DNA of 52,686 bases from Piromyces finnis finn (GCA_002104945.1 MCFH01000107.1:1-52686), one strand, 5' to 3'; counted from the stretch's first letter, positions 13,574-28,993 are shown. The notes: generated by a model from the letters alone, not told the origin. Program-made: numbers and translations.

Positions 13574-14981
13574 TTAAGCAGAAGTAGCTGGTTCATTAGA
13601 TGGGTTAGCAGCTTCAGTACCTTCAGTTTGTGATTTCTTTTCAAGGTTTAAACGACGTTGCTTTTCAGCTTCTAATTGTTCATATATTAATTGTAAGGCC
13701 TTATCATTGTTTTCAGATGAACCGGTAATGGTAAATTCTCTTTCCTTACTACCATTCTTACTGGCATCAATTGGTGAAATATTAATCTTTGAACCAGATA
13801 TTTGTCTAATTTCAGTAATCTTCTTACCTCCCTTACCAATAATACAACCAACCATATCAGCTGGGAAATTAATCTTTCTTACATCAAGTTCACCCTTTGG
13901 TTTGGTATTATTGTTATTATTACCATTCTTATTAAAGTTTGGTTTACCATTGGTGTTGTGATCACGATAGTGAGAATCATGGTTAGCATTATTATTATGT
14001 TGTTGTTGTTCAAAAGTGCGGTATTGGTTATAAACAGTACTGATATTGTTTCTGGTGGTTGGGGAATATTGAATACAATATGATTTTTCAGTGTCATTTA
14101 AAATACATTCACCAATCTTATGAACAGCAATTTGAATGGCATCGACAGTACCTATAATATCAATAACACGTTCAGTAGATTGTGGTAACATTTCCTTAGA
14201 AGCAACAATACGAGCTCCAGAGGCTTCTCTAATTTCCTTAATCTTAGCACCATTCTTACCAATAATGGAACCTAATAATAAATGGTTTATTAATAAGTGA
14301 ATAGCAGTGACTGGATCATTTCCACCACTGGTGTTGTTATTGTTTATGTAGTTATTATTGTTTGTGAAATGGTTTAAAAAGTTGAATTGATTGCTGTAAA
14401 TGTTAGTACATTGTGCGTTAGCATTTTCTAATAAATAATTAGCAAATGATGAATAAGCCTTTTTTTTCAATATCCATTGACATTATCAAATTAAAAAATA
14501 TATTGGTAACAATCACGTTAAATAATAAGAATATTAAATAATGATACAAAGAGAAATGAATGGATTTAAAATATAAATTAAAATAAAAAAAAAATACCAA
14601 AAAAATTAGTATTTAATCCATAAATGAAAACATAATTAAATGATAGAGTAATGATTTAATTACCTTAGCAACACTATCTAAATTACCAGTAACGGTTAAA
14701 ATTCTTTCATTAACACCAGTAACAACCTTTGAGACAGCAGCCTTTACACCAGTGATTTCACGAACTTCAGTAACATTCTTACCACCTTTACCAATAATAA
14801 TACCAGCATCCTTAATAGTAACTAAAGAACGTAAACTAAGAACGTTAGCATCAGTACTTTCTGGTTTCTTAGTAGTTTCAGTGGTAGCTGGAACTTCATT
14901 TTGTTCACTAACAGTTAAAGTATCTGGATTGTTTAATAGACCAGTAAAACTAGCAATATCATAAGTTGGTTCTTGAGCCAT
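13574..14981 (-). CDS. Three-KH-domain RNA-binding protein (Pbp2/Hek2/hnRNP K/PCBP family); exons 14981-14664 and 14458-13574; about 400 aa
   Basis: Three GxxG loops (IIGKGGKNV, IIGKNGAKI, IIGKGGKKI). A GT-AG intron joins ...GNLDSVAK|AYSSFA... in frame. Confidence 0.92.
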
Positions 14982-17270
14982 TTTTGTTATATGAAATTAT
15001 CTATTATAAATAAATAATAGAAAATATAACATATAAAAATAGTATCTCTTAGTATAACTGCTTTAAAGTTTATTATTAAAATACAAACAATAAGAGTATA
15101 ATATTATATATACAAGTTTTAAAATAAATATTTCTTTAAATATTATTTTTATTGTTATTATTATTGGTACTATGGGTATTATTAAAAGTTTCTTTTTAGA
15201 GTTGATAAAAAAATTCAAATTTCATTTATCTCATAATAGCATAAATAATTAAAAATACACTCACAAAAAAAAAAAATCTTTTTTTTTTTTTTACTTTACA
15301 CTAATACTTTCTGTTGATCAATTATAATATTGTATGATTTTTTGGAAATATTTTATCCCAATGAAAATAAAATTTATTTTTATTAACATAATTTTATTTT
15401 ATTTACTGTTGAAAATGTTCAATATATGTATATATGACCTTTTGAATATTTGTTTAGAAAATGAATGATATCTACACTTTAAAATAGTTCATGTATGTAT
15501 GCTATTAATATACTAATACATTTAAATAAATTTACTGAAAAATGCTTGTTATTTAATATTCACTTTTTATTATTAGTCTATATCTATGTGTATAATTTTA
15601 TTGATATTTAGCATGTGTTTTTTATTTTTAAAGATAAACAATTGGTGCTATTGATAAGCAATATTTATTGTTTATTTTTATTAATGTAAATAAATATTAG
15701 ATGTTTTCCTTTTTTTTTTTTTTTTTTTATCATATTTTTCTATATTTTTAATACAGCTTGTTTGTTTGTTTATATATTACGCTTGTTTATATTTTATTTA
15801 TTTACTATATTTTGATATACGCTCTTTCTTGCTTGTTTACATTCATTTTAACATTTTTCAATATATTTTTATATTTATCTTTTTTATTATTATTATTTAT
15901 TTATTTATAAATATGAAATTGATTACTATTTATTTTTTTTAAAATAAAAAAAAAAATATAATTACCTATTAAATATGAAATATAAAAGTATAAATGCTGA
16001 AGTTTTTTGTTTTATTTTTTTAAAATAGATTGTATGAAACTTTTTTTTTTAATAATATTGATAAGGCTTTAATAAAATGGCGAATTGATGGAGGATTCTT
16101 AGGTGTTTAAATTTAAGGGATAAAAAAATGAATATTTAATTATAATCCTTTTATTTATTTTAAAATATATATATTAAATATAAATATTAAAACATTAGTC
16201 TTTTATTTTTCTCTTTATATTTAAAAATGTAAATAATATTAAATAAATGGCTTATTTTTTCTTTTCTTTTAGTATTTACTTTTGGTTACAATTTTATATT
16301 TATTCTTTTATTATTATACAAAAAGGTTGAATTATAAAAGTAAATAAAAAATAAAAAAATAAAAAAGAAAATAATAATTAAAAAAAAAAATAAAAATAAT
16401 TAAAATAATTTAAATATTTAAATAAGGATCATAAATTATTACGAATTAATTTACTTTTTTATTATTATTAAATTTCAAAATATAAAAAAAAAAAAAGGTT
16501 AAATATAAAAATTCAAAAAAATAAATTGAATCTTATATTCCAATTGATTTTATAATATATTATTAAATTATAAAATTTAATTAGATTAAAAATTAATTTT
16601 GTTTAAAAAGTAAAATAAAATGAAAACTTGATGCTTTCTAACGAAATGAAATAATTGAAAAAAAAAATAAAAAAAAGATGAGCAGACCATAGATTTATAG
16701 GTCCCTTTCATTTTATGAATAAAAGAAAAAAGGAAAAAAATAACTAGTAGTAGTAGTAGTAGTAGTATTAATAGAGTTTTTTTTAAAAAATAAAAAAAAG
16801 TGTTGATGAAAAAAATTTAAAATTTTAATTAAAAAAAAAAATTAAAAAACCATATCATCAATAATTAAATAATATATGAATGATCATAAAATAGCAGTTT
16901 ACTTTAATTCAATGGATAAATATATAAAAAATAAATTGAATTTTTAATTAGAATGCATTTATATTACATTATTTAAATTAAATTTTAAAAATAATGTAAA
17001 TTGTTACATAATGTATACATTGATAGCAAAGAAAGACATGACCAAAAAGAAAAAGTATTAAAACTTTGATATGACCAGTTATTTAAAAAAGTTATTTAAA
17101 AAGCAATACTATTTGTTATTTTTTATTTTATAAAAAAATAAAATAAATATTTAAATTCTTTAATTTTGTATAATAATAAAAAATTTCAATTTTAGTTTTT
17201 ATTTCTAATACATTATCGCATCATGAATCAGTAGGAATTTAAATAAAATTCAGGATAAAAAAATCAATTT

Positions 17271-17343
17271 CACCCGAGATGGGACTCGAACCCACAATCT
17301 TTTCCTTAGGAGGGAAACGCCTTATCCATTGGGCTACACGGGC
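17271..17343 (-). tRNA. tRNA-Arg (anticodon CCT)
   Basis: GCCCGTGTAGCCCAATGGATAAGGCGTTTCCCTCCTAAGGAAAAGATTGTGGGTTCGAGTCCCATCTCGGGTG folds as a cloverleaf with A and B boxes; one U:U mismatch in the acceptor stem; T7 tract 7 nt downstream. Confidence 0.93.
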
Positions 17344-20300
17344 AATTGAAGATGACTGTAAATTTTTAATTACATTAATAAATGTTACATAAATATTTTC
17401 ATATTTTTAAAAATTCCAATTTTTTATTCTTTATTGAATTCTACTTTTTTTAATTCCCATTTTATTAGACATGTCTATTTAATTATAAAAAATTAATTTT
17501 ATTTTTCAATTCTTCCTCCAAAATTAATCCAATCCTAAATTTTTATTTAAAGGGTTAAATGCTTAAATTTTATCTCTTGAGATATAGAAAAATAGAAAGC
17601 AAAGAAAAAGTATCTATATTTATTTTATTTAAATATTTAGTTTTTTAATATGTCAATATATATATATTTAATATTCGTTTCATTTAAAATAAGTAAATTT
17701 TTTTTATCTTTTTTTTTATTTTTATTACTACAATTAGATCTTTATATTTCATTGAAATGAAATGGTTAGGTTAAATCAAAAGAGTCAAAGTTTAAACAAG
17801 GAAATAAAGTTTTTTTTTTTTGTTATGCTAAAAGTATGAGTATTTGTATCATATAAAATATACATTATATCCAAAATGTAATGAATAAAATAAAAAATAA
17901 AGTTTTTTTTATATTATTAATGTTTTTAATAATACGACCAACACATAAAAATATATGATAATGATTATTGTATGTTTTATAAATATAAAATTATATTTGT
18001 TATTTTTTTTGCTTTTCTAACAATTATAAAAATAAAAAATAAAACAATAAAATAAAAACAAGTTTATAATAAGTTTCTTTGTCATTTTTATATAAAAGTA
18101 GTATGAAAAATAAATATAAATAAATATTATTTATCTTTTTTTTTTGTTTAAAATTATAACCCTTTATTATTAGGGTTAGATTAAAAATCAATAATTTATA
18201 GCTACTAAATCTTGTAATTATATTAATCTCTAAATTTTATTAATTTCTTTCTATTAAACTAGATACTTAATTTTCAATATTTTTCTTATTAATTAATATT
18301 CATATTCAAATTTTTATTATTTTACTAAAAACATAAATAACTTTCCATTTAAAGTATCCATCCTTTCACTAACAACAATTATCAATATATAATATAAATA
18401 TTAATAAAATATTATTTATTATAGATTAAAACTTTATAAAAGTTTTTTTTTTTTTGTATTTTTGATTAAATTAATTATAAATATTATACAAATATATTGA
18501 AAAATCAATATTTCTTATTTTTTCAAAATTTAATCACCATAATATTATTAATACTATTTATTAATACTAATAATACTATTAATGCTATTGAATTTTCTTA
18601 ATCATTATGATTTAATAATAATTAAAATTGTTTTTTTTTTTTTTTCTTTCTTATACCTATTAATTTAAGATTAATTTAGATTAATTTAGATTAATTAATT
18701 CTATTAATTACTAGAATAATGTTATGATGTCATATTACATTTTTTTTTTTTTTAATATTATAGCTTTAAAGATAATGCCCATTTTTTATTTTTTTTACTT
18801 TATTATTATCATAAAATTTATTAATTAAAAGATAAATTAATTCCTATGAAAATGTTTCTAAAATATTTTTTTTTGTTTAATTATATAAAATGTAAAATAT
18901 AAAATATAAATTAAAAGAAAAAATTATTTATACTTTTGTTTTTTTTTTTTGAAGAAATAAATAATAGACATTAATTTCTTTCTTATTTAACACCATTTTA
19001 TCATTGATAAAAACTTTTTTATTATAAGAAGGTAGCTTTTTAACTTTTTCATTTACAAAACTAATTTTTTTTTTTAATTTAAACCTAATGGAGAAATTTT
19101 AATTTAAACAAAATAAAAATGAATTAATTAATTTATTATTATTAATATAAAATTTTAAATTATTTTTTTGTAGTATTAAACCATAAAAAAAAACTTAACA
19201 CACCATTAATAGTAATTAATTTAAATTTTTATTAATATTTAATATAGATATTTATATAATAAAAAAGGAATAACGGCAGTTAAGTAGTTTTAACGGTTCT
19301 TTTAGATTGCATTAGAAATGAAAACTTGGTCAAGGAAAAGAATAGAATAGTTTATCAATGAAATAAATTTTATTTATTATGTTAAAAGTCCTGAATAAGG
19401 AAATTTTTATTTTATTTCATTTCATGTAGATAATGTATAAATATTTTTAAAAAAGTCATGAGAAGTAAATTTCATTTTGGTTGCTCTAGGCCTAAAAGGC
19501 TTTTTTTTTTTTATGATGGTCGTTTTTTTTAGGCAGAATTTAAATATATCATAAAATAATGATTTTGTCCAATCATTTTTACATTTTTATTATCTAATGA
19601 TTAAATTAGTAGTAGTACGAAATATAAAAATTCATTTATTATTTATTATCCATCCAGTAATAGGATAATTAAATAAATAAATGATTTGCGGCTAATTCAT
19701 TTAATTTCAATTTAAATAATAATTTTTATTTTATATGTGTAACATTTCACAAAATTTTTTTGTATCCTAATCATTAGTTTATACATCAATTACTTGTACA
19801 ACATTTTATGTACAATTATTTTTGTTTTTAAAGAATAAAAATCAAGAGTATCATACAACAGTTTTATGCATGGACACCTATAGTAATTCAAATAGATAAT
19901 GCTCTCGATGAATGCTAACATTAATAATGAATAATTTTAACAAATTCATTTGTCTTTATTATTTTTATGTTTACCTCTATCTAATTCTTTTTAATTATTA
20001 ATTATTATCAAAGCCATGATTAATTCACTTTTTTTTTTTTTTTTTGAAATTAGTTTCATATTTTTATATTTACATAGTATTAATAAATTAATTAATTACA
20101 ATTAATGAATTAATTATTATTTCTATAATGATTTATTTTAAAATACCATTCTATTCGTTCATGTTCATTTAAACCTTATTTATCTATTTTCTAGTATTAT
20201 ATTCATTTAATTTTACATTAATTATTATTTAATTATTTATTCATTTATTTACGAATGATTTATTATTGATCTATTGATGTATTAATAAACTTTATGTAAG

Positions 20301-23300
20301 CCTCTTTTTTAACAAAATGTTTTTTTTTTCTTTTTTTTGTATTGGTTCAATTCAATTTTATTTTAATTAATAAATACAAAGTGTTACAATTAATTATTAC
20401 TCTTGATAGAGAATTAAAATTTTAATTTAATTTATTTGGTAAATTAATTAATTTTGAAATTTAATAATTAAAATTTATTTAAGTTACACAATATTATGTA
20501 TCATAAATTAATTTACCATTATTTTTAAATTAAAATGATATTTCATGTGTAAATGTTACATTTTTAATTCATTATTATTTTATTCATTTCTTCTCCAATT
20601 TTATTAGGCTAACCAAATAGTTTGTATAAGGGAGGAGGAGGTTATTTGCAAGATTAATTGAAAAATTTATGGGTGTGCAAGTCTTTTTTTTTTTTTTTTA
20701 ATTCATTACACAATATATTTGCAAATTATTTTATTGGGATAATTTTATAAAAAAAATGAATCATCTACTTGAAAATCTATTGCTTCCATTCTAAAATGGG
20801 TCTAGATTTTAGTGTATCCATTGACTTTTTTTTATTAATTTCAATAAATTGAAATGAGTGTTAAATAATATGAGAGATAAATTAATTAAAAATCAATTAT
20901 TATTTAATATTATAGTTTAATATTATGATTATTCTATTTTTATAATGAATGAGAATGACAGATTAAAAATAATTTATTTCATAATATAATATTATTATTG
21001 TATTCTTCATGGATAATAATAACAACTTTTTTTTTTTTTTTCATTTTCATTATATTCCATTTCTCTCTTTTCAATACCATATCATTCTTTGTCCATTTAT
21101 TATATATATATGAATGATATATAACTATTGTAGGATGATAATCCTAATAAAATAGTGATCACATGATGAATTTGTATTAAAAACTTGTTTAAAAAAAATT
21201 TAAATCCTTAATCGATGACTAGGTGAACCAATAAATGGATGGAATGGGACAATTTATTAATAATTAAGGTTTATTTAGTATTAATTTTTTTTTTTTTTAA
21301 AAAAATTTTTTTATTACCACCACCAAATAAAGTAATATTTTAAAACTAAGAGAACCATTGTAAGGTTGTTTATTTGAAGTGAAAAGTGACTCTTTTTTTT
21401 TTTATCAATTAAATAAAATGCCGCTAAAAAAAAACGCACTATATAATAATTATCTTGTTTCTTCTTTTTTCACTTGTTCTATATTAATTATTTTTATTAG
21501 TTTAATAGTAATGATGTATTGGGAATATTACTATCATACTACTTTTTTACCTAAAGGTCCTTTAATTATATATAAAAAATAAAAAAAAAATACATTACAT
21601 TTTATTTATATTTTATAATAAATAATGTATACATAACTTTTTTTCATTTATTATCAACAAAATAAATTAAAGTTTAAAATTTAATAAAGCCTACCATTCA
21701 ATTTTTTCTGTTTTTATATTAATCATATAGTAATGATATTTTTATTATAAATTTTTTTTATTATAGGAATAGAAGGAAATATTATTTTTTTAAGGAACAA
21801 TAAGGTAGGTGATAAAGGAAACAAGGAAAAAGTTGAATATAAGAAAAAAGGGTAAAAGCTATCAATTATGCAATTAGTACATCTTCTTCTTTCTTTGCAC
21901 ACTTTACTTTTCTTTCATTCCACATCCCAGTTTAAAAGAGCAGATCTCACTAAATATGGTGAATAAAGACAAAACTTTTTTGAAAATGAAATTTTCTAAA
22001 AAATATTAATATATTATCAAGTCTATTGTCACATATATTAAATCAATATATTTGTAGTGTGTATTAACCTTTTTTATATAGTCTTAATATAAATTATTAT
22101 ATTGATAATATATGAGAATAAAATGAAAACAAATTTTATATTTACCAAAGCCTATAATTTTATTTATTAGAAAAAATATTTTTTTGAAAGCTTTGCCTTT
22201 TTTTATGAATTAAAATATATTATATAATGTATACAAATATAATATAATATGTGTAATATTATATATTAATATAATTTAGCATAGATTATAAAATAAAGTT
22301 TTCATTGTGATTATATTAAGGTGAACAATATCCTTATTATTATCTAATATATTCTTTTAAATTTTAATTATTATAAATCAATAAATAATAAATATAAATA
22401 TAATATATGTAAACTAAATTAAATATATATTAATAAATAAATTCATTCCTTATGTTAATCTATTTATATATGTATTTTAGATTAAAACTAGATATACTAT
22501 ATTTTATTCAATTTAATATATAAATACAATATTTATTAATATAATTTAATATATTTATAATATACAATACAATAAATTTAATATATTCCATTATTTTATA
22601 TTTTTGAATAGAAAATAAATAAAAATTGTTGATTTTTGAATTTAGAGTGAAAGTGATAAAGAAATATAAAAAAAAAAGGAATAAATTAAAAAATTTTTAA
22701 TTCGTATAAAAAGAAAGAAAAGGGACTTTAAATTTTTTACTTTTTTTTTTCTTTCTTTAAACCATTAATATAATATTTTTTCCTTTTTCCTTTGTTTTCT
22801 TTTTCTTTTTTTTTTTATAGTAAAGAAACACCAAAAAAAAAAAAGAAGAAAAAACAAGTATAATTTAATTTTTTTTTATTTTTTTTTTGCTTAATACTAA
22901 AAAAAAATTTTAAAAAATTATACCTTTTTTTTTTAATTTATTATTTTAATATCTTTTGTTTTTTTTTTAAAAAAATAAAAGAATTTGAAGAATAAAGAAA
23001 AAAAAAATACATACTTTATAATTTAATTCATTTAGAATAATTTAAGATATATATAAAGTAAAAAAAAAAATAATTTTTGAAAATGATGATATAACAATTG
23101 AAGAATCAATCTACTAGCTTTAAATAACTAATAGAAATTTTCACAATTAAATTATATTTAATTTATTAAGATTAAAGTAATATTTATTATATATTCAAAA
23201 AATAAAAAAGAAAAAAATTGAAAAAAATTTTAAAAACCAAAAAAAAAAAAAAAAAACAACAAACAAATCAGAAATAAAAATTTTTTTAAAAAAAAAAACA

Positions 23301-23556
23301 AACAAACAAAAAAAAACAAAATCAAATATATATATAATAAATATTATAATAATTCTAAAAATTATACAAAATAATAAACCAAAAATTTGAATTGAAAATT
23401 AAAGTTTGTTATTTTCTAGTTTTGACAATAATATTGTTCAAAACTATTATGTTAAATTAAGAAATATTTAAAAATTTTAAAAAATTATTTTTATAAAGGG
23501 AAAAAGAAATATATTTTTTTAAATTAATCATTTCAAATAATATAATTTAAGAGAAA

Positions 23557-24276
23557 ATGGATACATATATATTGATCGTTTGTTGTATAATACCAATATG
23601 TGCAACCATGTTTGCTTATACCTACAAAAAGAAAAGTATTAAAACCATGAATAATAGAGATGCTCTTTCATATAACTTACATCATGTAAAGCGTACAAAG
23701 TCAGCGTTAAAGAAAAAAGATTCTGTAAGAAGTCATAGAAAATCTGTACAGTTTAATGAAGTTGTCTTGGAAGTATTTGATTTAATTAATGAAAATGAGC
23801 CAGAAGATACCATAAAGCGCAAACCATCTTATCCAAAAGTAATTAAATCTTCCTTGAAAAAAGAAAAAGTATTTGTGCCAATTCGTTGTTCTAATACTAT
23901 GTTTCCAAAAACAGTAATAAATGAATATAATGGTGAAATCATAAATTTTAATAAGAAGCAAAAGGAAGAAAAGCACACTACTGAAAAAGAAGATACCATA
24001 CAAGTTTCCATAGATACTAATATACCGGAAATAGTGATAATAAAAAATGAAGATAATGATGATAAAACATTAACGAATTTATCAAATAACCAAAAAGAAA
24101 ATTCTTTATCAGAGGAAATAGCGACAAGCGTAGCCGAGACAGTTATTACTTCAGTGGCTCCAGAAACTAATCAAATTAATGTATCGGTAAAAGCTAACAC
24201 TTTTCCAAGAAGATCTAGACCAAATCATATAGGTCATAGAAGACAGTCAAGTGTTAGATTAAAGTGTATATATTAA
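23557..24276 (+). CDS. Hypothetical 239-aa protein with N-terminal signal anchor and candidate PP1-docking motifs
   Basis: Single-exon ORF with GC above background; hydrophobic YILIVCCIIPICATMFAY followed by a basic stretch; KSALKK...RKSVQF, KSSLKK, RRQSS. Confidence 0.7.
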   Translation: MDTYILIVCCIIPICATMFAYTYKKKSIKTMNNRDALSYNLHHVKRTKSALKKKDSVRSHRKSVQFNEVVLEVFDLINENEPEDTIKRKPSYPKVIKSSLKKEKVFVPIRCSNTMFPKTVINEYNGEIINFNKKQKEEKHTTEKEDTIQVSIDTNIPEIVIIKNEDNDDKTLTNLSNNQKENSLSEEIATSVAETVITSVAPETNQINVSVKANTFPRRSRPNHIGHRRQSSVRLKCIY

Positions 24277-26362
24277 ACAATTTTATATATTTTTTTAAAT
24301 TATAATATTAATAATTCAAATAATCAATAATAATATTTTAATAATAATATTTTACTACTATTAATGAAAGTTAATTACTATTTTAATACTCTTTAGAACT
24401 TTTTTTTATTTTATTTTAATTTAAATTAAATTATTTCAACATACCATTTTATTTTAATAATAATAACACTAATAATAATAACAATAATATCACCTTTTTT
24501 TTTTAGAAAAAAAATGAAAGTTTATTTTTTTTTTAAAAAAATTTCAATTTTTTTATTTAGTATTATAGCACTAAATAAAATTTATATACGTATAGGGATC
24601 AATTTTGATACAAAATAAAAAAAAAGTTTTTTTTTTTATTGTTTAAAAAATTATTTTGGAAGTCTATTTATATTATTATAAATAAAACTTTATAATAATT
24701 TTTATCAAAATTTAAAATTTTAAATAATATTAAAATTTTAATCCAAAAAAAAAAAAAAAAATCCAATAAATTCATAATAAGGAAAAAGCAATCAAAAAAA
24801 AAAAAAGTTACAAATGAAGGGAAAAGAAAAAAAAAAAAAAAAAAGAATTTATCAGTTAAAGAAGGGAATGTTTAAATGGGAATAATATTCAATGGGATAA
24901 TTTATCAAATTTATGATAAAATTATTAGTTATCATAACTATTGAAAAGATTATACAAAGATTATATTCTTTTTTGTAATTTCAAACATATATTTAAAGTT
25001 AACTTGATAATAAAAAAATATTGTTTAAGAAAGAATTAAAAAAAAAAAAAATCGAAAAGAAAAAAAGATTTTATTTGAAATATACCTTTTTTTTTATATT
25101 TTTCTTTTTTAAAAGAAAGAATAAAAAAAGTGGTTGGGAAATAAAATTTTTATTTTTATTTTTTTTTTTTTTTTTTTTTCAAAAGAAAAAATTAATAAAA
25201 TAGGAAGCAAATTTAAAAAGAAAAAAAAAAATATTTTAAATATTTTAAATATTTTTATAAAAAAAAAATAAAAAGTGTTGTATGTATTGCGTATTGTGTG
25301 TTTTAATAATCATAATATTAATACCTATTTTTGTATTGAGCATAAAAAGAATAAAAAAAAAAGAACAATTTATAAAGAATACTATCTTCCACATGATTAA
25401 AACATTTTTAGTGAATAGTTTTGATCTTTTGACCATGTTAATCATATTTTATTATATTATTAATAATAGTAATAAAAGGCTGATATTTTGGAAGAATAAT
25501 GTTTAAAATTGATGATTTAATATAAATCCTAGATTTTTGACGGATTTAGCCAGAAAATTTATCCAGAGTAAATTTGACCTCTGACTAAAAAGTTTGTGTC
25601 TTTCTTAATCTATAAATATATATATAAAGTTTCCATTTTTTTTTTTTTTTTTTAAAGCTTAAACTATAATATACGACTTTTTCTGACAACATAAATTAGA
25701 GATGATCATTTATTTTGATAATACATATATATTTGATAAATATTATTTTATTGTTTTTAAAAAATTAGTCTAATACATCAAGTATATTTTATATAATCAT
25801 AATATCTACATCATTGGTAGAACTATATACTCTTATTATTATTACAGTATTTAAATATTACCCATATTTAATTTCTTTGAAAAAAAAATTTACAGTATGA
25901 AAAAGAAAAAAAAAAATTAAACATCAACTATTTAATTTATAAAATAGTAAAAAAACAAGCATTTTTTTTTTAAAAAAAAAGATTACTTCAAGCAATAAGC
26001 AAGCAAAAAAAAAAAAAAATAAAAAATAAAGTAAAATAAAAAGAAAGAAAAAAAGAAAAATAAAAAAATAACAATAATCTAAAAAGATATAAAAAAAAAT
26101 TAAAAAATTCTACAACCTATTTTTATATTGAAAAAAAAAAAAAAAAAAAGGTGTAGAGTCTTATATTAATTAATAATAAAATTAATTCCATTCATTTATT
26201 TATTAATTTATCAATAGAATTAAAAATGAATATAATTTGATATAAAAAATAAAAATTAAAAAAAAAAAAAAATACTATTGTATTTAATGGAGCAGCAATA
26301 ATGAAAATAATAATAAAAATAATAAAAATAATAAAAAATATCTTTATAAAAAAAATTAAAGT

Positions 26363-26802
26363 TTTTATTTTATTTTATTTTATTTTATTTTATTTTATTT
26401 TATTTTATTTTATTTTATTTTATTTTATTTTATTTTATTTTATTTTATTTTATTTTATTTTATTTTATTTTATTTTATTTTATTTTATTTTATTTTATTT
26501 TATTTTATTTTATTTTATTTTATTTTATTTTATTTTATTTTATTTATTTTATTTTATTTTATTTTATTTTATTTTATTTTATTTTATTTTATTTTATTTA
26601 TTTTATTTTATTTTATTTTATTTTATTTATTTTATTTTATTTTATTTTATTTTATTTTATTTATTTTATTTTATTTTATTTTATTTTATTTTATTTTATT
26701 TTATTTTATTTTATTTTATTTTATTTTATTTTATTTTATTTTATTTTATTTTATTTTATTTTATTTTATTTTATTTTATTTTATTTTATTTTATTTTATT
26801 TT
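26363..26802. repeat. (ATTTT)n microsatellite
   Basis: About 440-bp pentanucleotide repeat; it produces the spurious FILFY ORF. Confidence 0.95.
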
Positions 26803-27014
26803 CCCTTTTACAATTTTAAATATAAAAATCTTTATTTTTTTGTATATATATTTAGATTAATGGACAAATTTTTTTTTTCTAATGAAAAAAAATTTTTTTT
26901 GTACAACTTTTAATTATTTATGAAAAAGAAATAAAAAATAAAATAAAAAATTAAACATAAACTAAATCACTCTATTCGCTCCAACGCGCACTAAAAAAAC
27001 TTAAAAGTTAAAAA

Positions 27015-27086
27015 GGGCTCAGCCGGGAATTGAACCCGGGACCTCTCGCACCCTAAGCGAGAATCATACCACTAGACCACTAAGCC
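27015..27086 (-). tRNA. tRNA-Pro (anticodon AGG), copy 1
   Basis: GGCTTAGTGGTCTAGTGGTATGATTCTCGCTTAGGGTGCGAGAGGTCCCGGGTTCAATTCCCGGCTGAGCCC followed immediately by TTTTT. Confidence 0.96.
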
Positions 27087-27150
27087 AGTCAAAATTTGAA
27101 GAAGCATAAAATTTATAATAATTTGTCAACAATATCTGAAAAAAAAGAAT

Positions 27151-28252
27151 TGTGAAGATATTAACTGGATTTAAAACAAATTCAGATAATATCTATAATT
27201 AATTAAACATAATAATTATAATTAAATAATTCCAACAATTATTTTAAAACACCTTTAAAAGTTACCTTTTGATATTTGATTCAGTAAAAGGGTTATGACT
27301 TCAAAAATTTAATGTCAATATACTTAACCAAAAATAAACAAACAAACATAAACGATCGCTACGGCTGTAAGTGCTACGGCTGTGAAACCAAGTTTATTAG
27401 AAAGCCTAAGGAAAAAGCTATATTTTGGTATAATCGCGGTCCTTCTAACTGGTCATTTAAGGAAGATATGATCATTTGAAGATTTTAATAAGTAAATTAA
27501 TATGATATTAAGTATGGATCATAGACATTTCTTATGACTTGACGAAAATTAAAAAGATATCAATAGGAATTTTTGTTATATTAATTTAATTAATGATAGT
27601 GACTGTTACTAAAAATAGAACTAAACCATTTAGGTGTAACAGTTAACATTTATAAATTAAATAATTTTAATTATTATAAAATAGGTTAATGGCAAGTTTT
27701 GTTATTAAAAAATTAAAAAATAATTTTTAAAATAATACTTATTTTGTTATAACAAATAGGTTATTATCAATTAATAATAGTGAATTATTAATTGAATAGT
27801 TTTTATGATTATTAATTATAATCAACGTTTAAATGATTAATCATATGTTTATTTTATTCTTATGTTATGATAAACAAATAAACAAACACTTTTAATAGTT
27901 TATTATTATATTATATTATTAATATATTACATTTAATACTATAATTCTTACCAATTTAATAGTCTTAACAATGAATATAAGATAGAGTGAATTAAATTGA
28001 ATTTTGATTCTTTTCAAAGACTATAGTTATAATCTTAATTATTTAGTTATCCAATATATTATATCATTTATACTATTATTAAATAAATAAAAATTTATAC
28101 AAAGTTATTTTTAAAAAAGAAAAAAAAAAAAAATATTGATTTTTCTTATTTGGAAGTTTTAAGTGTTATATTATAATTAAATTTAATTTCTTAAAAAAAC
28201 ATTTTACTATATAACCTGATTTGGCTGTATAGCCAAACCCTAAAACTTAATA
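27151..28252 (+). mobile_element. Solo LTR 'A' (1102 bp), 64 nt upstream of tRNA-Pro #1
   Basis: Starts TGTGAAGATATTAACTGGAT and ends CCCTAAAACTTAATA (terminal CA appears mutated to TA). Flanked by AGAAT at 27146-27150 and 28253-28257. Strand is inferred from similarity to the nested element at 35283. Confidence 0.75.
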
Positions 28253-28993
28253 AGAATTGTGAAGTTTTTCACTGGATCTACATTGAAATCCAGAAAATAC
28301 CTATTGAGTTTATTAAAAAAAAAAAAAAAAATAACATAAAATTAAAATAATTTGTATTAAACGAAAAAGTCAACTTTATTTTTATATTCCAACATAAAAA
28401 GGTTAAAATTCACAAAAAAAAATTTTTAAATTTTCATTTCTTTTCTATAAAGTAATCCTTTTGGCCAACCAACAATAATAAATAGAATCTGGAAATTTGG
28501 GCGTATTTCTACAAGTTTCAAATCAATTTTATTGAGAAGTTCTTAAGGAGTTGGTCAAGTTATAAAATTTTCAACTGGTTATTTACGGAAATTATGAAAG
28601 AATTGAATATTTTAATATTTATCCATGTTATTATTTAATATTTAAAATATTTAATAATAATATGGATAAATATTAAAATATTATGTTCATAGCAACATTA
28701 TTTTTCGATCCTTGGATGCTGACTTTTCCTATCATTAGATATTATTTTATTAAATTAATAGAATTATCGACACGAAACATAAAATTTCAACCGCAAAATT
28801 CATTGGCATACAACTATCATTCCTTATAAATAAATTAATATGAGATGTAGTCGTGGTGGTTAGTTTAATCTATCTGTAATTATTTTTAAAATATTAACAA
28901 TTATTGAATATATATTAAATAGAAATTATGTTAAAATATATATATATATATTTTCTATAGTTAATTATCACTTTAGACTAGGTACACCTAAAC

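Noticed and set aside
17357-17374. TG...CA inverted repeat 13 nt upstream of tRNA-Arg
   Set aside because: Only 18 bp, no TSD and no similarity to the LTR families; likely chance. This tRNA looks unoccupied.
19250-22000. Scattered GC-richer patches suggesting decayed transposons, pseudo-exons or snoRNAs
   Set aside because: No definable termini, TSD, box C/D pair or coherent reading frame.
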